Shown here piece after piece: positions 48,736 through 59,145 of a DNA stretch of 64,000 nucleotides. Every line of letters starts with the position of its first letter. Position 1 is the first letter of the stretch. Under the pieces are notes generated by a model. The model made no database searches. It had not been told where the DNA came from and saw nothing but the letters and a program-made list of their open reading frames with translations. Made by a program: the position numbers and the translations under genes. The DNA is from a virus (Duplodnaviria > Caudoviricetes), in IMG/VR virus record IMGVR_UViG_3300029305_002203, positions 1-64,000 of that record. The stretch is one strand, 5' to 3'.

Positions 48736-49745
48736 ACAATCACCTCCATTTCAAAGAGAGTATCTTTTCTTTTAATCCATAACGAAATCTCATCTTCTGT
48801 ATATGGATTAGCTTTTGTAATCATATAATCATTATTTTTATATATTGCATGAAGTTCAAAATAATATATATCAGAAAACGTATCATATTTATAATCAACA
48901 ATGACAATTTCATCATTTCCTGATAATCTTAAAATTCTTTCATTTACACCAAACTGTGAACCCTTAATTAATAATGAAAAGTCTCCTGAAATAGTAAATC
49001 CTTTATTGAAATGAACAACATTATTTGTCAAGTCTGCAATCTCATTATCAATATAAGTAACATCAGAGTCAGATGTACCTTCTACAGATATAATGTTGGA
49101 TTTCATATAAACTCCACCAGTGTCATACATATTCTGTAACTCAAGTACAAAATATGCTTCCGATTTAATAAAGTCAGCAGAAAAATTAATTCTACCAGTA
49201 GATAACACTATACCATTGATTGTTTCCCCTGTAGCAAGAATAGAATAGTGGTTATTATCTTGTAAGTTAGTTATTTTTACAGTATCAAGTACATAACGTG
49301 TATTAGAATCGTATATTACAACACTATCTGAGTTGTATACTCTAATACGATATGATTGTAACAATTCTCCCTCTGATTGAGCATAGGCAATATTTACACC
49401 ATATGTCTGTGCCTGTATAATTTGGTCTGGTTCAATGTTGATTTGAAAAGTGGGAGTTGAATAGCAATAGAAGAGAAGAACATCTGACCATTCAGAATTA
49501 ACACCATTGCTATCAGTAACCCTAATCGCAGCATTATATAAAGTACCATTTACTAAGCCAGATGAAATAGGTATCGCATGTTCTAATCTCATTGTTGTTT
49601 GAGTCTGTTCGTATACCACTTCGTTTGTTGTGTTATTTTTTATCACAAGTGTATTACTAATAGGTTGATTCCCTAGCCATGAGAACTTAATTGTACTCCC
49701 AAGGGAGGAGTCAAAGCTAGGTATCAAATATAAGCCCGGTTTCAT
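48732..49745 (-). CDS. Ig/FN3-like tail protein, module B
   Basis: SEWSD.LLFYCYSTPTF; tail context. Confidence 0.6.
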   Translation of the reverse strand: MKPGLYLIPSFDSSLGSTIKFSWLGNQPISNTLVIKNNTTNEVVYEQTQTTMRLEHAIPISSGLVNGTLYNAAIRVTDSNGVNSEWSDVLLFYCYSTPTFQINIEPDQIIQAQTYGVNIAYAQSEGELLQSYRIRVYNSDSVVIYDSNTRYVLDTVKITNLQDNNHYSILATGETINGIVLSTGRINFSADFIKSEAYFVLELQNMYDTGGVYMKSNIISVEGTSDSDVTYIDNEIADLTNNVVHFNKGFTISGDFSLLIKGSQFGVNERILRLSGNDEIVIVDYKYDTFSDIYYFELHAIYKNNDYMITKANPYTEDEISLWIKRKDTLFEMEVIV

Positions 49746-49754
49746 AAATTACTC

Positions 49755-50003
49755 CTAATGAGGCAATATTATTGCATTAATCCAACTGTTTTCTGGTAAT
49801 AAAACATATACAATATCATTCTCAGAATAATCTCCATTACTTACTACAACATGAGAAACACCATCTTTTTGTACAACATATTTATTATCAGCAACTTTTG
49901 AAACAACCCTACATTTATATGTCTTATCGAATTTTGCAGAACTAATTACCTTATTACAAACTGTAAATATAGCATCGGATAAAGCATTACTAATTTCTCT
50001 CAT
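49755..50003 (-). CDS. small baseplate/tail protein
   Basis: FDKTY...V.VLLPEN; directly after tape measure. Confidence 0.55.
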   Translation of the reverse strand: MREISNALSDAIFTVCNKVISSAKFDKTYKCRVVSKVADNKYVVQKDGVSHVVVSNGDYSENDIVYVLLPENSWINAIILPH

Positions 50004-50029
50004 AATAATTTCTCCTTTAACAAAAAAAT

Positions 50030-50067
50030 AAAAAAAGGGGCAGTCATAAATTAATATGACCGCCCCT
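50030..50067 (-). terminator. intrinsic terminator after tape measure
   Basis: GGGGCGGTCAT...ATGACTGCCCC-TTTTTTT on - strand. Confidence 0.7.
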
Positions 50068-50073
50068 ATAACA

Positions 50074-53000
50074 TTATTTAGAATGTAGTTTCTGAATTAC
50101 TTTTAGTGGTAATTCCTTAACTATTTCATCAACGATCATATCCGAATTATCCGGATTATAAACGTTAATATCACCAATGGTAATTTCCATAGGCGAATTT
50201 TCTCTTTTGTTAATTGGTGCAATGGAAGAATATGCTTTGTTTAAGTTACTAAACATATTTCCCATTTGATTATTAGTTAACACAACTTCTCCATAAAGAA
50301 GTTTTGCCAGTGTTTCATTTGGTTTTAAGTTGTCCTCTGTTAAAGCTACAAAGTTTTCAGGTAATTTATTCTTAGAGGTCGGCTTACCAACAATACCACC
50401 AGAATGGTATAGATGCATTGTTGCACCATTTTTACCACCTTTGTTTGAAGTTGTGTTACCTTTCGTGCCATTACCTTTGTTTCCATTAGTTCCAGCACTC
50501 GCAGCTTTTGCTTGATAATCAAGAATTTGTTTATAAGTTTCTTTTGCATTGGTAAGAATGGTTTCCAATGAACTAAAAGCAGAGTTAGCCTTACTTACCT
50601 GTGAAGCAATTTGACCATATAAAGACACAGCAACATTTTTAAATTCCTCTAATTTTTTCTGTCTTTCGTCTAAAATAGTGGCCTCAGAATCCTTTGCAGA
50701 AGTATGTGCCGATGTAACAAATTCAAGAGCAGAAGTAATATTAGCATCTGCCTCTGTCCATTTATCAGATAATTCTTTTGTTTCATCAGTTCTATTCTGA
50801 ATAGCCTCTAATTCTTCCTCGTTCTCAACTATTGCTTTATTGATTGCATCTTGAGCTGCCTTTATCTCTAATTGTTTAGCGAGATAGGCTTCAGCTTCTT
50901 CTCTGATTTGCTGCATAGTAGTATTGTTTGCATCAATCTTTTCTTGAATGGTATCTACTTCAGTTTTAGCATTATTTAATGAAGTTTCTAAGATTGTTAA
51001 TATACCTTCATCTTGTTGCAGAATACTATTTTCACCAGATGCTTTAAACAATTCAAGAAATGCTCTTTTAGAAATCAATCGTTCATAACTATCGGAAACT
51101 GCATTTAATTTCTTAGCATATTCTTCCCATGTCTTAATTTCATTATCAATAATTAATAAGTCATCTTCTTTATTTTTATTTAAAGTATCAATCTGCTTAT
51201 CAAAAGAAGCGATAGTATTATTATAATTCTGTTGGTCTAATTCTTGTTGAGCATCACGAATAGCATCCTGATCTGCTTCATAAACAAAACCTTCTCCGGC
51301 ACGATAGATACGCTGAGTCTTGTTTCGCATAGCTTTTTCAAGATTATACTTGGCATTCTCTAAATCAATTTCTCTTTGACGTTCATCATTAGACTCTGTA
51401 AGAGCATCCTTTTGTTCTTGGATTGCTTTGATTTGCTCATCATAACCATCTGATAAAACTTGTCTTCTTTCATTTAAAGCTTCAATTTCATCTTGGACAA
51501 GAATGTTAGCATATCCAATTGCACTTTCTATTTTTGACTGTAGTTTGGTCTGATAGTCTAAATCTTCTTCCAATTCCTTATTTAAATCTTCGTACTGTTT
51601 TATTGGCAATAGAAGAATAGCTCTATTATTTTCTATTTGAGCAATAGTACAGGCATTAATATTATCCTGAGCCTCTTGTACTTGGTCATTATATTCCTTA
51701 TATGCTGCGGTTCCCCATTTTTCGCCATCACGTTTTGCGATAGCTGCTTTAAGGTCAGCTTTATATATCTCTTTGTTTTTTTCATGTAAGGCATTCATAT
51801 CCAAGTATTGCTGTGCAGTTCCTTGACCACCTCTGGCTTCTTCCAAATCTATGTCGTTTTGAATATCTTGGATTCGGCTATTATAATAACTGGTTTTATT
51901 AGCACGACCTTCTCTGCCATTCTCATATTTTTTATCTGGTTCTGCCTCTACATATTCATCATAAGCCTTTTGAAGTTTTAATCGTTCTTCTTCGGTGGTT
52001 GCCAAAGCCAGATTAAGTTTTAGTATTTCACCTTTGATTCTTTTTTCTTCGTCAAGCCATTTATTTTTTTCAGCGACAGTCATACTTTCTTGGTCTACAA
52101 GATTATGATTTTCAAGATTTAATTCATTTTGCTCAAGTAGTGTGGAATTGACTTCGTCTTCATTCGCTTTAAGTTTTTCAACAGCATCGTTATTTTGGGT
52201 TATTGAATCTTGCCATCTATCATAAATCTCAACAAGCTTCATAACTCGATTGTATTCTTCCTCGTTGTCAAAGTTCTCAATTGTTAGCTGACTTCTATCA
52301 CCGGTTATCAATTTTATATATTTGGGGTCAATTTTAGCAGACTCTGTCTCCCAAATGCTTTTATATTCTTCAGAAGCTTCTGCGGTGGCAGTAACTAAAT
52401 CCTCGTTTGCCCCCTTTAATTGCTTTAATACAGCCAATCTTTCAGTAAAACCCTCTGTATTACTAAGAGTGTTATCAAGTTCTTCAATTCTACGATTGGC
52501 ATTTTCTACAGATCTTGCAAACCAGTCAAAATCTTCTGAGAATTTTTCTTCTTCACCTGAATCAGATCCAGAAGCACCAAATGGAAGATCGGTTCTAAAA
52601 TCTGGAACAACAGTAGAAATAGAAGTATTAACTCCATTTATAATTTCTTCTATCTCAACAAGTTCTTTTTCTGCTTGTACCATATCATCATATGCAGATA
52701 TAGAGGGATTTAAATAGTGAGTCCGGTCATTAACAGTTGATTCGTATTTTCTTTGAGCACTTTCAAATATTAATTTTTTACGAGCATACTCTTTATCCAT
52801 AGCAAGTTTTGCTTCAAGATAATTTGAATAGTTGCCTAACTCTATGCCATATTCTTTTGCCTTATTAATTAAATCTTCTGATAAACCATCAACAACAAGA
52901 TCATAGAAAGATTCATCTTCGCCTTTTTTCTGAGCCATATATAATTTGTAATTTTGCAAATCTGCTTCGTATTCTTTTTGTAAATCCCTTAATAAATCTT

Positions 53001-54738
53001 TTTCACTTGCTTTGCCTTCTAAGTATTTATCAATAGTAGCAGTAAGACCGGGATATTGACTTGCAATATTTTGTAAAGTAGAAACAGATATTTTACCACT
53101 TTCAGAAACTTCGCCTTTTACAGTTTTAATCATGGAATGAGTAGACTCTAATTCAGACAACATTTCATCTAAACTAATATTGCTACTCTCTGTAGTCAGA
53201 CCATCAAACAATTCTAAGATTTCATCACTGGCACCAGCATCTTGCAAAGAAGATTTTAAGCTTTTTAACTTGTCATCAATTAAAGTCTGAATGGCATATG
53301 ACAAATTATCGGTTTCACTGGTAAGAGTAGGAAAACTTTGCAATAAATCTAATAGGTCGGAAGAAGATAAGTTATTATTCCTAATCTTATCTAAAGCTTC
53401 TGATAAACTATTTAAATCAGATTGATAATTATCTATTCCTTCTTGGTTTGTAGCATCAAACGAAAATTTTGGGACAGAAGTATTAACTGCTTCTTGTGAT
53501 GTTGCAATACTATTTAAATATTGTAAATATACAGATGCGGGAGTTTGACCTTCTTCTAATATTAAATTAGCATCTTCAAGAGCAGTAATTAAATTATCAT
53601 ATTGAGCAATATCACTTTCAGTCAAAGTTCCATTTGCAAACTTCTGTTGAATTTCTTCCTTAGTTTTATCTAAAGATGTGTCATTTAAAGCAAAATCTAT
53701 TTGAAGTGTATTCCATTCACCAGAGCCATTATTTAGCTGATATATTTTTTTCTTCCAAGACTCTATATAATCCCACATTTGCTGATTAAGTGGATTGTCA
53801 AATGTACCGTCTTCATTTCTAAGTAACATTAATGTCTCTTGTTGCTCTAAAAATCCTTGAAGAATAGAAGCAGAACGTTTTCCTAATTCTTCTTGAAGAA
53901 TTAATTGGCTTTCTTGTAACGAAGTGACAAGTTTATCATTTCCCTCTGTTATTGCGGCATCAATTTGATTATTAACGCTTTCTAAATTAAATAATAGCCC
54001 TTGGTCGTCTATACGAGATGCCTCTTTCTCATTAATTTGTGCTGCCCATCCATGTAGCACATTGCCTTCAGCATTATATTCTGTATCAAAATCTGAACCC
54101 CATTCATCATTAAATGTTTCTCTGTTTTGTACTGATAGTTTTTTGGCATCTTCTTTAGCAAGGTCTTCCTTGGTTTTCTTTTGTTCTTCTAATAATTTAT
54201 TTTGCAGAATTAATTTATTAAGTTCATCATCTTCAACAAGAGTGATTGTACCTTCACTTAATTTATTCCTTAATTCTAATATTCTTTTTTCATTATCTAT
54301 TATTGCATTTCCAAGAGATTCAACTTCTTGGATAGTATTTTCATATTCATTTCTTAATTCTGAAATTTTCTCTTTTTGTTCTTCAATGGTTGGATTCCAT
54401 TTTTTATACACTTTAACTGCAAATCCTACTGCCACAGCGATACCAAGAATCCATGTTGCAGGATTAGTAAGTATTGCGGCTGCCATAGCTTTCGCATTTG
54501 CTAATAGAGCAGTAGTATATGCTTGCATTGAGAATGTAGCCAACCCGGTTGCAGAGGCAGAAGCAGTTTTTGCAACAATAGCTCCCGTCTCTGTTTGGGT
54601 TAATTTTTTATTTGCTAATACACTTGCTTTTTGACTTTCGGTTAAATTTTTAGTTAATCTGTCTAATTCATCCGTATCAGTCGCAGTGCTTCTTAATGCC
54701 TCTCCAAAAGCACTCATACCTTTAAAATCAAATATCAA
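50074..54738 (-). CDS. tape measure protein (apparently lacking usual N-terminus; no clear SD)
   Basis: 1554 aa coiled-coil, NPATWILGIAVAVG TM, C-terminal YHSGGIVG...GEVVLT. Confidence 0.75.
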   Translation of the reverse strand: MIFDFKGMSAFGEALRSTATDTDELDRLTKNLTESQKASVLANKKLTQTETGAIVAKTASASATGLATFSMQAYTTALLANAKAMAAAILTNPATWILGIAVAVGFAVKVYKKWNPTIEEQKEKISELRNEYENTIQEVESLGNAIIDNEKRILELRNKLSEGTITLVEDDELNKLILQNKLLEEQKKTKEDLAKEDAKKLSVQNRETFNDEWGSDFDTEYNAEGNVLHGWAAQINEKEASRIDDQGLLFNLESVNNQIDAAITEGNDKLVTSLQESQLILQEELGKRSASILQGFLEQQETLMLLRNEDGTFDNPLNQQMWDYIESWKKKIYQLNNGSGEWNTLQIDFALNDTSLDKTKEEIQQKFANGTLTESDIAQYDNLITALEDANLILEEGQTPASVYLQYLNSIATSQEAVNTSVPKFSFDATNQEGIDNYQSDLNSLSEALDKIRNNNLSSSDLLDLLQSFPTLTSETDNLSYAIQTLIDDKLKSLKSSLQDAGASDEILELFDGLTTESSNISLDEMLSELESTHSMIKTVKGEVSESGKISVSTLQNIASQYPGLTATIDKYLEGKASEKDLLRDLQKEYEADLQNYKLYMAQKKGEDESFYDLVVDGLSEDLINKAKEYGIELGNYSNYLEAKLAMDKEYARKKLIFESAQRKYESTVNDRTHYLNPSISAYDDMVQAEKELVEIEEIINGVNTSISTVVPDFRTDLPFGASGSDSGEEEKFSEDFDWFARSVENANRRIEELDNTLSNTEGFTERLAVLKQLKGANEDLVTATAEASEEYKSIWETESAKIDPKYIKLITGDRSQLTIENFDNEEEYNRVMKLVEIYDRWQDSITQNNDAVEKLKANEDEVNSTLLEQNELNLENHNLVDQESMTVAEKNKWLDEEKRIKGEILKLNLALATTEEERLKLQKAYDEYVEAEPDKKYENGREGRANKTSYYNSRIQDIQNDIDLEEARGGQGTAQQYLDMNALHEKNKEIYKADLKAAIAKRDGEKWGTAAYKEYNDQVQEAQDNINACTIAQIENNRAILLLPIKQYEDLNKELEEDLDYQTKLQSKIESAIGYANILVQDEIEALNERRQVLSDGYDEQIKAIQEQKDALTESNDERQREIDLENAKYNLEKAMRNKTQRIYRAGEGFVYEADQDAIRDAQQELDQQNYNNTIASFDKQIDTLNKNKEDDLLIIDNEIKTWEEYAKKLNAVSDSYERLISKRAFLELFKASGENSILQQDEGILTILETSLNNAKTEVDTIQEKIDANNTTMQQIREEAEAYLAKQLEIKAAQDAINKAIVENEEELEAIQNRTDETKELSDKWTEADANITSALEFVTSAHTSAKDSEATILDERQKKLEEFKNVAVSLYGQIASQVSKANSAFSSLETILTNAKETYKQILDYQAKAASAGTNGNKGNGTKGNTTSNKGGKNGATMHLYHSGGIVGKPTSKNKLPENFVALTEDNLKPNETLAKLLYGEVVLTNNQMGNMFSNLNKAYSSIAPINKRENSPMEITIGDINVYNPDNSDMIVDEIVKELPLKVIQKLHSK

Positions 54739-54803
54739 ACATTATTATAATACATAATATATTAGGGGTATATTATATATTCAAATTCAACTTTTACGGA
54801 TAA

Positions 54804-55346
54804 TTATTTGTTGTCAATAATAAAATTTTTAAATTCATTTTCATATAATGCATGGCATGTTCCATTCCCATAACAAGCAAAATATTCACTAAACATTGCT
54901 TCCATATTTTCGTGGTCTGTGATAGTAATATGTACTTTACCTTGCTCATCTACATTTTGACTAAAGTAACGCATACCGCCCAAGATACGATCTCTTAAAA
55001 CGGCACAGTCCCGACGCTTTCCATCCTCATCAATTTTGGTTAAACGTTCACTTTGTTCATCAATTTTTTTATCAAGTTGAGTACAACGATCATTCATTAT
55101 AGATACAAATTTTTCAATTCTTGTTGATAATTCTTCAATCGCTGCAGTGTTTTTATCAATTGTAGAAACTTCTTCCTCACGTCCTTTTCTTTTATTGTAA
55201 GCTTTGATAAATACTCCCCACAGCCATTTAATGAATTTTTCCAAACCAACCACAATTGCAACAATTACAATTAGTGCGGATAATAAATCCAAAAAAGTAT
55301 GTTCTGCAAAATATTCAATCATTTGTTCTAGCATTTTACAAATCAC
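54804..55346 (-). CDS. membrane protein of lysis cassette (XhlA/holin-like)
   Basis: TM + coiled coil, LRDRI, Y..GNG motif. Confidence 0.55.
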   Translation of the reverse strand: MICKMLEQMIEYFAEHTFLDLLSALIVIVAIVVGLEKFIKWLWGVFIKAYNKRKGREEEVSTIDKNTAAIEELSTRIEKFVSIMNDRCTQLDKKIDEQSERLTKIDEDGKRRDCAVLRDRILGGMRYFSQNVDEQGKVHITITDHENMEAMFSEYFACYGNGTCHALYENEFKNFIIDNK

Positions 55347-55411
55347 CCTTAGTCATATCTGACTCCTCCCTCTTTTGTTCTAGTCTTATAAATATTTATA
55401 AGAATTTTTAT

Positions 55412-57103
55412 TTACACGGTTTTCCTGTCTTCCTTATGACCATATTGTAAGTAATGCAACACATATGGTTTATAGCCATCCTTTTCTCCAAATGCATTTT
55501 GTAAATCGGGATTGCTTGATTTATAAATTGTAACATTAAATGTACTTTTTGCTTGACGACCCTCTTTAATACCATAATTAATATAGTGATTAAATAATTT
55601 TGTAGCATCAGTACCAAAATGCCTCTTCAAATCACTATAAGAATTTGCATAGTACATAGGATCGAATACAAGAGAATAATCAACTCCGTTATATACATAT
55701 CCCTTTGTCGTAGTGATATCTAATGGTTTTGAGGTTGAAGTAGAACTGGAAGAAGATAATTTAAGAACTTGTCCAACCTTAACGATATAAGGAAATTTAA
55801 TCCTATTTAAATTAGCTATTGTTTTCCATGCAACACCAGTTTTCTGTCCAATCTTAGAAAGAGTATCACCTTTCTGTACAATGTAAGTATTTGCTGATAC
55901 TGTTATAACAGGGGAGTTAGTAATTGGTGTAGAAATACTATTGTCTACCTTTATTCCCACATAATCTAAAAATCCTTTAGCTACATCTTCACCTTGTTCC
56001 TTGCAGAACATTTCAGTTTTCATTAATGCCGCTTCTTCTTTATTAGTCATAAAACCAATTTCAACCAGGCAAGCAGCTTTAACATTCATAGCAACACAGT
56101 TACACATTGCAAGAGATTGTTTCTTTACACCACGATTCTTTTGTTTTGTGCCTTGAACAAGTCGTGCTTGTATTTTAGTTGCCATTGCAAAAGAGTCACC
56201 AATATATGCAGAATTACTATGAATTAATGTTTCTACTCCATTTGCAGAGTTCCATACTGATTGATGTGCATTAGCATGAAAAGAAATAGAATAGTGACAA
56301 CCCTCATTCTTAATTTGTTTCTGTCTTGTTGATAATGCCACATCAGGATCATCTGTTGCATTAGTATCATCCCAACCAACTCTGAATGTTGATATGCCGT
56401 ATTTCTGCAAATACTGTTCACAGTAGTAAGCAGATTTTACGTTAATCCAGTGTTCCAGATGGTTGTCCGGGGTGCGCTTACCGGCAGTATTACTGCCATG
56501 ACCAGCATCTATTGCCACTTTGCATACCATATTCCCATCCTCCTTTACTTTAATCTTTAAAATATCATTTAAAATATCCAAAACCTGATATCCATAACTG
56601 TCCTTTGCTTTATTTGCCTCTTCCAAGCTTTTATACTTCTTGGTGTTATAACCCGGTACAGCCCAAGTCCCACCTAAATCTTCCATATGAGGAGCAGTCC
56701 CACCTTTAACATTTATAAACCACTGTGTTCTTCTAGGGTCTACATTTAGTTCATTTAAAGATGATTTAGTCGCATAAGATTTTGCATGTTGTGCGTGTGC
56801 TAATATACCAATTTCAATGGAAGTAAAAGAGCAACCTGGAACTCCACCGGTAGCACCAATACCGGCAAAATTATTTTGTGTATATTTAACATCTCCACCA
56901 TACTTTAAGTTGCCTGTTTCTTTAAGCATCTGACAGAAGATTAAATCCCCACGAACACCTTCTTTTGCTGGAATATCTAAATATAGCTGGCAAAACTCTA
57001 TGACAGATATACTTCTTGAAAGTTTAGGATTTTTATTTTTAGACAATAAATAAGAAGCCATCTGTTGTGCAGTGGCTTGTGATTTTCCTAAAATTAAAGT
57101 CAT
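55412..57103 (-). CDS. endolysin: glucosaminidase + amidase_3 + LysM + C-terminal binding repeat
   Basis: ETG...NNFAGIGA; IDAGHG...SFHANA...LVEIGFM; YIVQKGDTLSKI; FDP.YY..Y.DL. Confidence 0.9.
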   Translation of the reverse strand: MTLILGKSQATAQQMASYLLSKNKNPKLSRSISVIEFCQLYLDIPAKEGVRGDLIFCQMLKETGNLKYGGDVKYTQNNFAGIGATGGVPGCSFTSIEIGILAHAQHAKSYATKSSLNELNVDPRRTQWFINVKGGTAPHMEDLGGTWAVPGYNTKKYKSLEEANKAKDSYGYQVLDILNDILKIKVKEDGNMVCKVAIDAGHGSNTAGKRTPDNHLEHWINVKSAYYCEQYLQKYGISTFRVGWDDTNATDDPDVALSTRQKQIKNEGCHYSISFHANAHQSVWNSANGVETLIHSNSAYIGDSFAMATKIQARLVQGTKQKNRGVKKQSLAMCNCVAMNVKAACLVEIGFMTNKEEAALMKTEMFCKEQGEDVAKGFLDYVGIKVDNSISTPITNSPVITVSANTYIVQKGDTLSKIGQKTGVAWKTIANLNRIKFPYIVKVGQVLKLSSSSSTSTSKPLDITTTKGYVYNGVDYSLVFDPMYYANSYSDLKRHFGTDATKLFNHYINYGIKEGRQAKSTFNVTIYKSSNPDLQNAFGEKDGYKPYVLHYLQYGHKEDRKTV

Positions 57104-57166
57104 AATTTCACTTCCTTCTAAAGTAGAAGAGTACGGTGATATTTCACACCGTACTCTTAATTACAA

Positions 57167-57514
57167 TTATTTACTTGTATTACTAGCAAGTTCTTTTGCA
57201 GTATTCAAATCTCTAACCGCTGATTCGATTAAAACATTCAATTCTTCCTCAGTAATAGAGTATTTGGTCTTATCAAGAATACCGTTAATAAAATTAAGAA
57301 CATATTCCTTTTTCTGTTCTCCAAGACCAGTACCAACAAAAATCTGTTCTGCAGCTCTTACTGCATAATCAACATACATTGCAATAGTATCAAACTTTTC
57401 TGCACCGATTTCCTCTTTAAGTTTAGGAATTACATATCTTGTAATTAAAACAACAGCCACTGTAATAACTAAACCAATTACCATTTTTAAAATTTCCATC
57501 ATCCATGTTTCCAT
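57167..57514 (-). CDS. holin (LL-H family-like)
   Basis: N-terminal TM, AVRAAEQ...G.QKKEYV...LIESAV. Confidence 0.8.
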   Translation of the reverse strand: METWMMEILKMVIGLVITVAVVLITRYVIPKLKEEIGAEKFDTIAMYVDYAVRAAEQIFVGTGLGEQKKEYVLNFINGILDKTKYSITEEELNVLIESAVRDLNTAKELASNTSK

Positions 57515-57581
57515 AATTCATTTCTCCTTTTCTTTTATGAAATTAAAAAAGAGCCAATATAGGCTCTCAGTTACCATAACT

Positions 57582-57839
57582 TTATTCATTTAATATTTGA
57601 TTAATATCAATTTGTTCCCATATCTCTTTTGGTAAACTACCTAATACTTTAGGAACATTTTCTTTTGCTGATTTTTTTAAGTACCAAATATTACAGGTGG
57701 CAACCTCGCCCCAAGCAAGAGCAGCAATAGTAGTAATATTTGACATATCTAAATTAAAAAAAGTTCCCACAACCAAAACAATTGTAAGAACTATTGCAGA
57801 AATATAACTTGCTAATAATATTTTTTTACTTGTCTCCAT
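57582..57839 (-). CDS. two-TM small membrane protein (holin-like)
   Basis: SKKIL, two TMs, Y.KKSAKEN. Confidence 0.6.
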   Translation of the reverse strand: METSKKILLASYISAIVLTIVLVVGTFFNLDMSNITTIAALAWGEVATCNIWYLKKSAKENVPKVLGSLPKEIWEQIDINQILNE

Positions 57840-57851
57840 AATGCTATTCCC

Positions 57852-58883
57852 TTATATCTCTTCAAAACTTTGTTTATCATTATTCCATTTATATTTATAA
57901 TCTGAAATCGGTTCTTTTGTCTTATATGAAGCTATTTGATTAAGAGTATCACCGTCAGACCCTATAAATATAATACTATTTTTCATTTGAAGCGACTCAT
58001 AAAATAATATTGCATTAACCTTAACATCAGGGTCACTCCAAAATAGTTCCCATATATTTAAATCATTTTTTTTTAAACAATAAAACCCACTGCCGGCACT
58101 ATATTCATATAGATATATTTTATTATCATATAGAAATAGAAATTGTGGTCTAAGTTCTTCACATTCTATATTTTCAATATATGAAAAACTATTTGTAGAT
58201 TCTTTATAACTAATTATATAATGCTTTTTCGAAGCAAACATATGAATTTCATCTTCTATAACATATCCACGTTTATAAATATTATCATCAATTGATGGTA
58301 TAATACCTCCACATGGAATCCATTCCTGCTGTGCTTCATCCCACACACAAGTTCCATTATAATTAATATTGGAAACTGTTATATTTCGATATAAACAAAA
58401 TAATTTATTGTGTAACACAAAATAGTCACAATATCTTGAACTACTAAATTCTGTATCTCTAAATCCAATGTGAGCAGCACCAATTTTATATGCTGCCCTA
58501 TTTGTTATTTTGGGGTCATAAACATACATTTCGTTTTTCGCTTCATACATAATATAAATTAAATCATTATATACTATCGCATGACATGGATCCGTGTATT
58601 GTGGTAAAACACTTGGTTTTTCGCTCCATTTAAATCCATTATATTTCATAACGCAATAAGGGGACATGACATTATTACTACAATTAAAAACATAAATATT
58701 ATTATCATATAAAACCGAAGCCTTCTCTGGATGATTAAATTTATATTGATTACCATCAGAATCTTTTGGTAAATCTGGCAAACGTCCATATTGTGAAAAC
58801 ACTTCTTTTCCATTATGAATCCAGTTAACAATATTATAATTATTAAACAAAACATTGTTTATTTCAATTCCGTTATATATCAT
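57852..58883 (-). CDS. Kelch-like beta-propeller, putative receptor-binding protein (module A)
   Basis: Repeats VLYDNNIYVF, IVYNDLIYIM, VLHNKLFCL, VIEDEIHMF, LYDNKIYLY. Confidence 0.55.
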   Translation of the reverse strand: MIYNGIEINNVLFNNYNIVNWIHNGKEVFSQYGRLPDLPKDSDGNQYKFNHPEKASVLYDNNIYVFNCSNNVMSPYCVMKYNGFKWSEKPSVLPQYTDPCHAIVYNDLIYIMYEAKNEMYVYDPKITNRAAYKIGAAHIGFRDTEFSSSRYCDYFVLHNKLFCLYRNITVSNINYNGTCVWDEAQQEWIPCGGIIPSIDDNIYKRGYVIEDEIHMFASKKHYIISYKESTNSFSYIENIECEELRPQFLFLYDNKIYLYEYSAGSGFYCLKKNDLNIWELFWSDPDVKVNAILFYESLQMKNSIIFIGSDGDTLNQIASYKTKEPISDYKYKWNNDKQSFEEI

Positions 58884-58893
58884 TATTGCCTCC

Positions 58894-59127
58894 TTATTCT
58901 GTATAATCAGATGAACGTGTGGTTAATACACCTGTTTCTTCATCAAAAGAAACAATAAAAATACAACTATTTAATTGAGTTGTCATATCATCAATTTTTT
59001 GCGTCAAACTAGACCCATCACTCATTTCAACTGTATCAGCATGAGTCCATTCTGATACAAGTTTATAATTTTCATCATCAATTTTTAAATGTCGTTTGTA
59101 TTTTTCGTATCCAGATAATATTGACAT
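58894..59127 (-). CDS. small tail-associated protein
   Basis: WTHADTVEMSDG motif seen in fibre proteins. Confidence 0.55.
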   Translation of the reverse strand: MSILSGYEKYKRHLKIDDENYKLVSEWTHADTVEMSDGSSLTQKIDDMTTQLNSCIFIVSFDEETGVLTTRSSDYTE

Positions 59128-59145
59128 ATTATCCCTCCTTTTTTC

